Assembly: GCF_036321535.1 (NCBI RefSeq)
Contig: NC_087439.1
Span: 82,150,001-82,214,000 of the forward strand
Direction of reading: 5' to 3'
Source of the DNA: Camelus dromedarius
Taxonomy: Eukaryota
Length of the DNA stretch: 64,000 bases
Part shown: positions 45,601-53,570 of the stretch, piece after piece
Layout of the letters: every line of letters begins with the position of its first letter
Numbering within the stretch: position 1 is the first letter of the stretch
The notes under the pieces: generated by a model
Told to the model about the DNA's origin: nothing
Seen by the model: only the letters and a program-made list of their open reading frames with translations
Databases searched by the model: none
Program-made: the position numbers and the translations under genes

Positions 45601-46651
45601 CTGCTGGGCCTGGGATGTCCCTACCAGCTGCCTCCTCAGGAAGACGGCCCCACAGGGATACCCTGCTTCCTGTCTCTGCAGGGAGAACTTCCTGGTCCTA
45701 GACGTCTTCTTTGAAGCTCTGACCTCTGAGGCCATGGAGCAGCGAGCAGCCTATGGCCTGTCAGCCCTGCTGGGTGAGCCCTGGCCCTGATTCCTCAGGG
45801 GTGGACCAGCCAAGCCTGATCCCTCTGACCGTTCTCTCGTGCTCCCCAGGAGACCTCGGGGGACAGATGGGCCTATTCATTGGGGCCAGCATCCTCACAC
45901 TGCTGGAGATCCTCGACTACATCTATGAGGCAAGGCATGGGGGCCTGGTGGGGGCCATGCAGATGGAGAATGGAGGGTGGGAGGAAGGGCTGGGGGAAAG
46001 CAGAGGGGTGGTGCAGGCTTCCTGGTGGAGCTGGACTGGCTGGGAAGTCAAGCTCTGGGTTCTTTGCTGGGGCCCCCTTACTGGCAGGAAGGCCTGAGGG
46101 CACTGAGGAGTCAGGAAGAGGGGATGGGTGAGGAGGACTGGGGAGTCCTAGTGGGGGTTTGCTGGGGCAGCTGGTCTATAGGGTGGGCCTGGTGAGGCCC
46201 GTTCTGCTCCTCTAGCAAGTTTCCTGAGCTCGCCCCTCTTCCCCGACCCTGAACCCCAAGGTGTCCTGGGACCGACTGAAGCGGGTGTGGCGTCGTCCCA
46301 AGACCCCCCTCCGGACCTCCACTGGAGGCATCTCCACTTTGGGGCTGCAGGAGCTGAAGGAGCAGGTGAGGATGGGCGATGTCAAGTGTGCAGCCAGCAT
46401 CCCCTCCTGGGACTGAATCCCCCATAACGTCTCAACTAGCCTGTGGGAAGGAGTTCAGGGACAAGGAAGGGATGGCTGTGTGAGGCTTGGGGGTACTGCT
46501 TGAAATCTCCTTGTCCCACTCACTCTTCACCCTGCAGAGTCCGTGCCCAAGCCGGGGCCATGCGGAAGGTGGGGGTGCCAACAGCCTGCTCCCCAACCAC
46601 CATCACCCACACGGCCCCCCAGGGGGCCTCTTTGAAGACTTCGCTTGCTAG
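25535..46651 (+). CDS. ASIC4: Acid-sensing ion channel subunit family member 4
   Basis: join(25535..26116 [N gap 25644-25840],41149..41293,41382..41509,[exon 4 in N gap 41695-41882],42364..42420,44340..44493,45682..45773,45850..45929,46261..46365,46538..46651). [51 protein letters not shown]. Totals 539 aa if the hidden exon is 163 nt. Confidence 0.95.
25644..25840. other. Assembly gap (197 N) inside ASIC4 exon 1
   Basis: N run. Confidence 0.99.
27078..27124. repeat. (CA)n microsatellite
   Basis: Direct reading. Confidence 0.9.
28860..29170 (-). mobile_element. L2 LINE 3' end
   Basis: cattcaatcaatcaaca...tgagcacctactacgtgccagg. Confidence 0.7.
29585..29820 (+). mobile_element. MIR SINE
   Basis: gagcatcagtttctat...gtaaggattaaa...cacactgcctggcac. 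Confidence 0.7.
30106..30235. mobile_element. MER3/MER33-like hAT-Charlie MITE
   Basis: TIRs CTGTGCTGTCCAA ... TTGGACAGTGCAG (11/13); internal gtagtcactagccac. Confidence 0.65.
32365..32420. repeat. (TG)28 microsatellite
   Basis: Perfect dinucleotide run. Confidence 0.95.
32712..32899. other. Assembly gap (188 N)
   Basis: N run. Confidence 0.99.
32900..33950. promoter_or_regulatory. Intragenic CpG island in ASIC4 intron 1
   Basis: Dense CpG; octamer ATGCAAAT 33350-33357; AP-1 TGACTCA 33690-33696. Confidence 0.65.
33584..33622. repeat. (CCG)13 trinucleotide repeat with degenerate CCA/CCG flanks
   Basis: Counted directly. Confidence 0.92.
33960..34445 (+). mobile_element. L2 LINE 3' part
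   Basis: Ends agtgcctagatgctcagtaaacatttctggaatgaatgaatg. Confidence 0.7.
34600..35750. mobile_element. Cluster of about four MIR fragments
   Basis: Repeated MIR cores (ttttctgtaaaata; cattttacagatgaaaa; cacaggtgagcactctgaggctcagagaggttaa; gacggatgaggaaactgagg). Confidence 0.65.
38627..38777. mobile_element. MER5A DNA transposon
   Basis: ttgttagaaatgcagaatctc...actgaatcagaatctgcattttaac...aagtttgagaagcactg. Confidence 0.85.
39990..40980 (-). mobile_element. L2 LINE
   Basis: gtgccctgctctgggccaggtgctggggac; ggcattccaggagagggaac; tttattctctgtaaaatgggaagtcattg. Confidence 0.7.
40187..40234 (-). mobile_element. Severely 5'-truncated L1 3' end with a 15-bp TSD
   Basis: ttttattgaagtacagtcaattacaatgtgtcagtttctgggtacagc, flanked by ATCATCGCAGGTCTT and ATCATCTCAGGTCTT. 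Confidence 0.7.
41149..41293 (+). CDS. ASIC4: ASIC4 exon 2
   Basis: [12 protein letters not shown]...YLPIWRET. Confidence 0.95.
41382..41509 (+). CDS. ASIC4: ASIC4 exon 3
   Basis: [19 protein letters not shown]...CQEQR. Confidence 0.95.
41695..41882. other. Assembly gap (188 N) expected to contain ASIC4 exon 4
   Basis: N run; exon 3 ends in phase 0 and exon 5 starts in phase 1, so an exon is missing between them. Confidence 0.95.
41900..42300. repeat. Low-complexity alternating purine-pyrimidine (TG/CA/TGCA) tract
   Basis: gtgtgcatatg-type degenerate units; 9 TGCATG. Confidence 0.8.
42364..42420 (+). CDS. ASIC4: ASIC4 exon 5 (57 nt)
   Basis: [19 protein letters not shown]; donor CTGG/gtccgt. 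Confidence 0.9.
42830..43400 (-). mobile_element. L2 LINE
   Basis: ttcattcattctacagatgttta; gaggaaatgacatatgagctgagacttgaagg. Confidence 0.7.
44340..44493 (+). CDS. ASIC4: ASIC4 exon 6
   Basis: [24 protein letters not shown]...YIR. Confidence 0.94.
44501..44547. repeat. (TG)n microsatellite right after the ASIC4 exon 6 donor
   Basis: Direct reading; one GA interruption. Confidence 0.9.
45682..45773 (+). CDS. ASIC4: ASIC4 exon 7
   Basis: [13 protein letters not shown]...LSALLG. Confidence 0.94.
45850..45929 (+). CDS. ASIC4: ASIC4 exon 8 (TM2, GAS filter)
   Basis: [26 protein letters not shown]; donor GAG/gcaagg. Confidence 0.9.
46261..46365 (+). CDS. ASIC4: ASIC4 exon 9
   Basis: [14 protein letters not shown]...ELKEQ. 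Confidence 0.93.
46538..46651 (+). CDS. ASIC4: ASIC4 last coding exon
   Basis: SPCPSRG...LFEDFAC TAG. Confidence 0.93.
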   Translation, partial: SPCPSRGHAEGGGANSLLPNHHHPHGPPGGLFEDFAC

Positions 46652-47371
46652 GATGGTGCTGTGTCCAAAAGGACCCAGGAGTCTTGGTCCCCTCCCTGGA
46701 TCCCCACCATAGTCTCCTCCTGCTCCTGGGACAGAATATCTGGGGGCAGTGAGAGGGCGGTGCTCATTGGGAGGGTGGGGACTCAGTTCCTGCTCTTGCC
46801 TACCCTGGCGCCAGCTGCTTTGCACAAAGGTCCCTCTTGTCCACACCATCCACCCCTAGGCTGGTGCCCAGGGAGGGCTGGAGACCAGGCTATGGGCCCC
46901 TGTGGAGGGGAGTGTAGGGGAGGAGAGAGGGAGGTAGAAAAGGGGGCCCATCCCAACCAGGGTGGAATCCTCTGTACATTTGTATATATTTAGGGAGGAC
47001 AGGGTGGGGGTGGGGGTAAAGATTTAGAAGGTAAGTGGGGCTATGGGGTGGGTAATTTAGGGACAGCCAGGGTCCCAGCCCTCGAGTGTCAGCAGGAGAA
47101 GGCAGGCCCCCAGGACTCAGGACTGCTGGGCTGGTCCTACTTCCTGCCCCTCTCCAGTCCCAGCTCCCCTTTTGGCAGGGGGAGTGGGTGGCCCAGCAGG
47201 CCTGGCCCAGCTCCCAGTTCCCCGTTCCCCCTGCTCCAACCCCACTTCCAGAGTCCCCTCCGCAGGGAGAGGTAGATCTTTCAGACCTTGTCTGAGTTTG
47301 GGGGTGGGGAAGGGGGCGTCTCAGGCCTCTCTGCCTCCAGTCTGGTTTTATAAAGTGCTGACAAAATTGGG

Positions 47372-47377
47372 AATAAA
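47372..47377 (+). terminator. ASIC4 poly(A) signal AATAAA
   Basis: AATAAA followed by GT-rich downstream sequence. Confidence 0.75.
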
Positions 47378-47574
47378 GAGGCATAAAGAATTCTCTGTGT
47401 GTATGTGTGACTAAGCTGGGAGCTGGGGTGGGGCTGGGCATATGCATGACTTGGTACCTGGGAAAAGGAAATCCAGGCCCCAGCCAGGACAAGGGAACCC
47501 TCCATCCTCAAAGCCCTCCCTGCCCCCATGCCTACCTTTCAAAAATTCAGAACTACTAGTCCACACTCAGCCAG

Positions 47575-47580
47575 TTTATT
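47575..47580 (-). terminator. CHPF poly(A) signal AATAAA
   Basis: TTTATT on +, about 410 nt after the CHPF stop. Confidence 0.75.
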
Positions 47581-47988
47581 AAAGGCAAGGAGCTTTATCA
47601 GGAGTGCAGAGAGAAGCTGAGAGACACCCTACCCTCCTCTCTCAGCTCCCCAGTTCTCCAACAACTCTTCTACAGCCCAGCACCCCGGGGTGACCCTAGG
47701 AAGCAAGGCTGGCGTCAGGCAGACTGCACTGCATAAATATTCGGAGGCCACAGCCTGAATCAGCAGCGTCAAGGGGGCAGGGAGACCTGGTTTGGGGCAG
47801 AAAAGGGTGGCTCCAAGGGCACCTCTTCCAGGGCTTGCCCTGAGCCCGAGGACCCCCCAAGCCAGAGAGAGGGGGCCTGTGGGCTGCCCTGGGGTCTGAG
47901 GCTGTGGCCAGCCCTGTCCCGCGAGGCTGGCAGGGAGAGGAGCGGGGCGGGGTGCCGCCTGGCCAGGGTTCCGGGGCACAGGGCGGGG

Positions 47989-49248
47989 TCAGGTGCTATT
48001 GCCCTGCTCCTGTTCAAAAAGCAGCATGGCCAGCTGGGTGCGGGAGCCGAGGCTCTCGAGCGCGCTCTGGCGGCAGCGGTGGTACATGTCCTCGCTGAGC
48101 CGCGCGCTGCACGTCTGGGCCCGATAGCGCTGCAGCAGCGCAGGCTCCACGGCCCTCAGCACGTGCAGGCTGGAGAAGCGCAAGAACAGCTCGTACACAT
48201 CCAAGCTCTCCAGCAGCTCCTCCTCCTGCTCCGAGGCTGCCGCCAGCCGCGCCCGGGCCGCCACGTAGTCGGAGTTGTAGAAGCAGGCCTCACTGGCTGC
48301 CTGGCGATCGAAGCGGCCCGTGTCTCGGCCCAGCTCCGGGGGTCCCGGGCCCTGGGGTGGAGCCACGGTGGGGTGAAAGGCCTGGAAGTGCATGGGAAAG
48401 AAGGCCTGCCAGCCAGAGATGGCGTGCATGCGGCAGCGGTTCAGGAAGTCCGGAGTGAGCACCGTGTCTGGCCCGGCCAGCAGGAACAGCGTGTCCAATG
48501 GGTGCTTCTTGGAGAGCAGATCCATGAGGCGCAGTGGTGAGGGTGCGGCTGTCTGCACGCTGAGCCAGGGCACCCGGGCACCGGGAAAACGCCGCTCCAG
48601 CTCTGCCACATGGGTCTTGACAGGTGCAAAGACATCTGCATGGGCCGCCCGCTGGGCCTGTCGTGGCTCGTACAGTAGCAGCAGGGTCAGGGCTGCTGCA
48701 GCATCGCCCGGCTCCAGTGCAGCCGAGGCAAAGGCCTCCAGGAAGCCAGGGGCCAGGTCACGCTCGGCTGCAGCCAGTGGCAGTAACACAGTGAGACGTG
48801 AGGCCTCGGTGACGTAGGGCACAGGCAAGATCTCCACGCGACTCAGTGGCCGTAGTAGCTGCACCCTGCGAGTGAGGGGCCGGCGGCCTCCCTGGGGGGT
48901 CAGCGCCTCCAGCTGCAAGTCCAGCGTGTACTCCATACCCCGGGCAGGATCGAAGCGTCGGTAGCCATTAACCAGCTGCTGCTTCTGGAGCCGCAGGGCT
49001 GGGTGGTATCGGCGGTTAAGCTCCTCCAGAGCTGCCCCCAGAATGTCAGCCACATCAGCCCTGTCAGCCCCACGCAGTGGGCAGCGGGGCGAGCCATCAG
49101 CACAGGAGAAAGCGTGCTGCTCTGTGAAATAGTCCCAGCGCAGCACCTCAAAGCGAGAGGCTGGGCGGGATGGTGCTGGAATGCCCACGGGCCAGGCGGC
49201 TGCCCGCTCCCCATCAGCTGCCAGACGGCTGGTGTTCTGGATCTCCCA
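47989..49248 (-). CDS. CHPF: CHPF exon 4
   Basis: WEIQNTS...GMEYTLDL...GNST TGA. Confidence 0.96.
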   Translation of the reverse strand, partial: WEIQNTSRLAADGERAAAWPVGIPAPSRPASRFEVLRWDYFTEQHAFSCADGSPRCPLRGADRADVADILGAALEELNRRYHPALRLQKQQLVNGYRRFDPARGMEYTLDLQLEALTPQGGRRPLTRRVQLLRPLSRVEILPVPYVTEASRLTVLLPLAAAERDLAPGFLEAFASAALEPGDAAAALTLLLLYEPRQAQRAAHADVFAPVKTHVAELERRFPGARVPWLSVQTAAPSPLRLMDLLSKKHPLDTLFLLAGPDTVLTPDFLNRCRMHAISGWQAFFPMHFQAFHPTVAPPQGPGPPELGRDTGRFDRQAASEACFYNSDYVAARARLAAASEQEEELLESLDVYELFLRFSSLHVLRAVEPALLQRYRAQTCSARLSEDMYHRCRQSALESLGSRTQLAMLLFEQEQGNST

Positions 49249-52198
49249 CTGGATTGAAGAAACAGGCCATGAGTAAGGCCTAGATCACGGGGGCCAGCAC
49301 ACAGCTGGGGGACTGGGCAGGTATCAGAGGCCACTCAGGATGGGTTCCCCTACCCTTGCCAACCTCTGCCCACCCAAGACCCCCACCTGTCCTTTCCCCA
49401 GATGGAGGAAGCCTGAGAGTCAAATGGGGGTTTCTGGAAAGGCTTCTCAGAAAAGGAGAAACAGATAGGGACTGGGAAGCAGGTTTGTGCTGTGATTCTA
49501 GTGCTAATTTTTTATTACTCTGAGATGACTGAGACCTCTCAGCCGCCCCTTACCCCTGCCTCTGACCTGTCCTCCAGCCCAGATCATACCTGTAACTCCT
49601 GGATCTCCTGGTATGTGCGTTCCAGCTCAGCTCGGGCAAAAGCCTTGTGCAGCTGGTACATGTGCACAGGGTCACGTACGGGGTGAGCCGTCAGGGCACT
49701 GCGGAAACGAGGGTCCCCCTCCTGCACGGGCTCCCCAGGGCTCAGCTCCAGGTAGCTATAGTGTACCCCCTGGGGAGGAGAAAGGGGTGCATAATGGGAA
49801 ACATGAGGTGATAGTTGCCCCACCACACCTAATAGTATGTGTATCATCTTCCCATTCTATGGCCTGTTGTGGGCTTGGGGTCAGAATTCTGTGGGTTTAG
49901 GTCTACCTTGACCAGTTGTGACCTTGGGCAAGCCTCTGCTAGCTCATCTGTGAAATGGGCATGCATCCTATCTCAGAGCCATCCGGGAGCTCAAGTAAGA
50001 TAATAATCGTCAACATCGAACACCTACTATGTGCAAGTCTTCCTTATTTTTTTCTTAATCCTCATAACAACTTTGAGGAATAATTATTTCCATTGGTATG
50101 GATGGGGATACGGAGGCTCCGGGGATTCAGTAATTTACCCAAGGTCACAGGGACAGAAAATGACAGAACTGGCACGGAAAACCAGGCCTAGATCTCCAAC
50201 CACCCCCTTTGCCTCTCAGGGGGAAGTGTACAAGCCCAGACAGGAGGCACCGGTGAATTGACTTATCTTCCTACCTCGTGGTCGGCAGTGCAGCCCACCC
50301 CAGTGGCATCCAGAATGCAGCGGCCCAGCCACTCATCCGGGCGTGCACTGACTATGTCGTTGCGGCAGCTTTCCAGATGGGGGCGCAGCTGCTGCAGCAG
50401 TGTGCGCGACAGCAGCACCCCAAAGCCACCGTGGCAGTAGCGGCCTGGAGCAGGCTCTCCACCGATGAAGTCTTGGGGTCGGCCCAGATAGAGGTGGGCA
50501 GCGGCTGCCAGGCTGAGGCGGCCAGCTAGGCGCGCCAGTCCGTGCGCCTCGGTGTAGGTGGCATCGGGCACCAGGAAGAACCAGTCAAAGTCGTCGCCGT
50601 GCTGCTCCAGCAGGTGGCGCAGTGCCAGGTGCAGGTGCCCGATGGGCCGCTCCTCGCCCAGTGTCACCACGGCCATGCCAGGTGGTACGCGGCGGCCCCG
50701 TGAGCCTGTCAGGAACACCACACGCTCTAGCCGGTGCCCCAGAGTGCGGTTCACGGCCACACCCAGCGTGGGCAATGTGGCCTGTGAGGTCAACACCGCC
50801 ACAAGCAGCCTCTGCCTGATGCCCAGCTCCGTGCTGATGTAGCGGGTCCTGGGTGGGGGAGGGGTGAGAAGATAGGGTTATTAAAAAGACAACAAGGTAG
50901 GCAGAGGGCAGCGTACATAGGCTCTGGCAGGTCACACGCTTTCTGGGCTTGTTTCCTCTCTTATGGTAGGATAAGAATAAGTCTCTCCCGGGGTCATGAG
51001 GATTTAAGTGAAATATTGATTGGCCTTTTAGGAGATGGCACTATCCATGCAGATATGAGAGATACATTGTGGGTCTGATTCCCTGTTTCATTACTTAGTA
51101 GTTGGGTCCTTGAGCAAGTTATTTAACCTATCTGAGCCTTGGGTAGCCTCATCTGTAAAATGGGGCTGATTTTATCTCTTTAAAGCACTTAGCCAAATGC
51201 TTGGCACACAGGTAACTCCACACATCAGGTATATACTTATTTCTAAATATTACGCCATTACACGAATATATCACATAAATGATGTAAAGGAATAAATGGC
51301 ATAGAGATGTAGTGAATGTGTTTGGGGGAAGGGCAAACTAGGGCTCGGGTTTCAGCAACTTACCTTCTGTAACACAGAAGGTAAGTTGCAGAAATGGAAT
51401 TTGAACTCAGTGTTACTTAGGAGGAATTGTTTCAACTCATATGCAGAGGCATGAATGGGATGGGTACCTCACTCTTCCCCCACAAACCTCACCCCCTCAA
51501 ATGCCCACACAGGAACAAGAGATACAAGTAAATCCTAGTTATCTCTTTTCTCTTTCCCTCTATGTACCCACTCTATATACCAGTCATTTTTCTAAACCCA
51601 GCACCCACCCAGAGGGCTAAGAGGATCTTTGGGGGACCATGGGTTCAAGCAGGTTTAGGAAAGAGGCGGGCAAGTTCTATCCAGGCCTGGATGGGGCCGA
51701 GAGAGGCCTCAGATGGGCTCCACACCTCCCGGGGAAGCAGGGCCATAGGAAATTATTGGGGAGCAAAGACTTCCTGGCAGGCCAGCCCCTTCCTTCCGGA
51801 CCCTGACCCAGCCCCTAGCGGCCTCCACGGCCCGTCCGTTCCGGCCGGTTCCCAGGGGGTGGGGCTGGTGGGTCTAATCCCTACCTGACGGCCTTTTTGG
51901 CGGCCTGGCCAGGCTGTGCGGGATGGTAGGGCAAGACACGCGGCTCCCAGTTCTCCCCGGCTCCTACGCCAGCCCCGGGCCTCTCGCGCTCCGCTCCGGG
52001 CTGCACCGAGTTGGGCCGGCGTGCCGCGTTGGTGTTGCCGCGCGGCGGTAACTCAGAATCTCCGGGTTGCGGTGGCCCTGGGCCGCATGGCTCCTCCACC
52101 CAGGTGACGCTGAGTAGGCTCAGAGTGAAGCCCAGGGAGATGCCCACGGCCACGGGCCCTGCGGGCCGCAGCACCGACAACAGCAGTGATGCCCGCAT
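47989..52198 (-). CDS. CHPF: Chondroitin polymerizing factor (chondroitin sulfate synthase 2), 775 aa
   Basis: complement(join(47989..49248,49590..49769,50275..50848,51885..52198)) = 2328 nt; MRASLLLSVLRPAGPVAVG...EQEQGNST*. Confidence 0.97.
49590..49769 (-). CDS. CHPF: CHPF exon 3
   Basis: GVHYSYLEL...TAHPV...QEIQELQ/gtatg. Confidence 0.95.
49880..50200. mobile_element. Two opposed MIR fragments
   Basis: gtgaccttgggcaagcc...catctgtgaaatggg; aatttacccaaggtcacag. Confidence 0.65.
50275..50848 (-). CDS. CHPF: CHPF exon 2
   Basis: TRYISTELGIR...FDWFFLVPD...CTADHE/gtagg. Confidence 0.95.
51885..52198 (-). CDS. CHPF: CHPF exon 1
   Basis: Type II signal anchor; ...KKAVR AG/gtagg. Confidence 0.95.
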
Positions 52199-52199
52199 G

Positions 52200-52760
52200 G
52201 CGCCCGGACCGCGGGCCCCCGGCCGTGGAGCAGCCCCAGAGCAGCCAGAGGAGGCTCCAAGGGGGGCGGGACCGGGGAGGGGGCGGATCCGGAGGGCTTA
52301 GGCCAAGCAGGAGGGCCCCCTCCCTCCCCGCCGAGTAGAGTCCCCGGCCCGAGCCGAATCCCCTGCGCCGCGTTCCGATCTCTCTCCAGACGCCGCTTGG
52401 TACCGCTCAGGGTCCCAGCGCTGGGCGCGGGAGCCTCCGCTGGGGCCGCCGCTGTCCGACGTGTCACTGGGAGGGCCCCGCCCCTGGGGTGGGGTCTCGG
52501 GCTCCAGCTACCGGAGAGGGAGGAGAAGGGGGAGGTTAAAGGGGAAGGACCCCCGGAAGTGCCCCCTCCTCAGTGCGGGAGAGGCAGACGCCGGGGGCGG
52601 AGTCACTTACCTCCCCACGGCGTGGTTGGTGCGTCCCCTGTGACGTCAGAAGTAGCCCGCCCCTGCCTGGATGGTGCGCCCTGAGTGACGTCAGGAGCTG
52701 AGGCCGGAGCTGTCCATCAGCACCAAGGGCCGCGGGCGGGCTCAGGGCATGGGGCCGCGG
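52200..52760. promoter_or_regulatory. CHPF/TMEM198 bidirectional CpG-island promoter with two full CRE sites
   Basis: Head-to-head genes; TGACGTCA at 52641-52648 and 52686-52693; GC boxes. Confidence 0.8.
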
Positions 52761-53404
52761 CTCTGGGGCAGCCCGAGCCCCTGCTCCTGCTTCTTTCCCT
52801 TCCCCAGGCCCAGCCCGAGTCCGAGTCCCCGGACGCCGCGGGACTGGAGTGCCAGCCGGTGTTGGAGGCGGAGCGGCGACGCCGCCGCGCCGGGACTGGT
52901 CCCTCCGGCCCAGCAGCCCCCTTCCCCTCACGGGGGACTTTTACCGGACCCCAGTCAGCTGGAACCTCTGGAGCCCCGCAACCCCAGCCCCGCCGGCCCC
53001 TGCACAGCCTCCTTCGCTCAGAAGCTCAGGTCGCCTCCAGCCCAGGTAGATCTTGGACAATCCCAGATTGAGCCTCCCACGGACCAGTCTCCTGGCTGCC
53101 TCCTTCTCACCGGCAGCACATTGCCCTCATCTTCCCCAGCCCAGTCCCCCTTTTAACTTCTTCATCCCGACTCCCTCTAGCCAAGCACTTTTGTTTCCCT
53201 TTGTCTTTTGTTCCTTACTTCAGGGATGCTTTCAGAGCTGTATGATGTGGGCACCAACCACTCCTTTGTCCACTGTGTCCTTGCTTAGTTCTCCCACTCT
53301 CATTCTCACCCCCATCCCGGTAGGGACCCAGGCCTCCTCCTTGACCCCTACTTCTTCTCTGTTAGGCTGACCTGGGAGGGTGACTCCCTTCTGTTCCCAG
53401 CAAT

Positions 53405-53570
53405 ATGCCAGGCACTGTGGCGACGCTGCGGTTCCAGCTGCTGCCCCCTGAGCCAGATGATGCCTTCTGGGGTGCACCCTGTGAACAGCCCCTGGAGCGC
53501 AGGTACCAGGCACTGCCAGCCCTCGTCTGCATCATGTGCTGTCTGTTTGGAGTCGTCTACTGCTTCTTCG
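53405..53570 (+). CDS. TMEM198: TMEM198 coding exon 1
   Basis: cag/CAATATG ... TTCG/gtgag. Confidence 0.94.

Noticed and set aside
48079-48817. Plus-strand ORFs opposite CHPF exon 4, and similar shadows over SPEG, TMEM198 and OBSL1
   Set aside because: Antisense shadows of GC-rich coding sequence with no splice or domain support.
52685-53071. Protein-like ORF (PLLLLLSLPQAQPESES...ERRRRRAG) in the TMEM198 5' region
   Set aside because: GTG start only, and the leucine run is the polypyrimidine tract of a splice acceptor.
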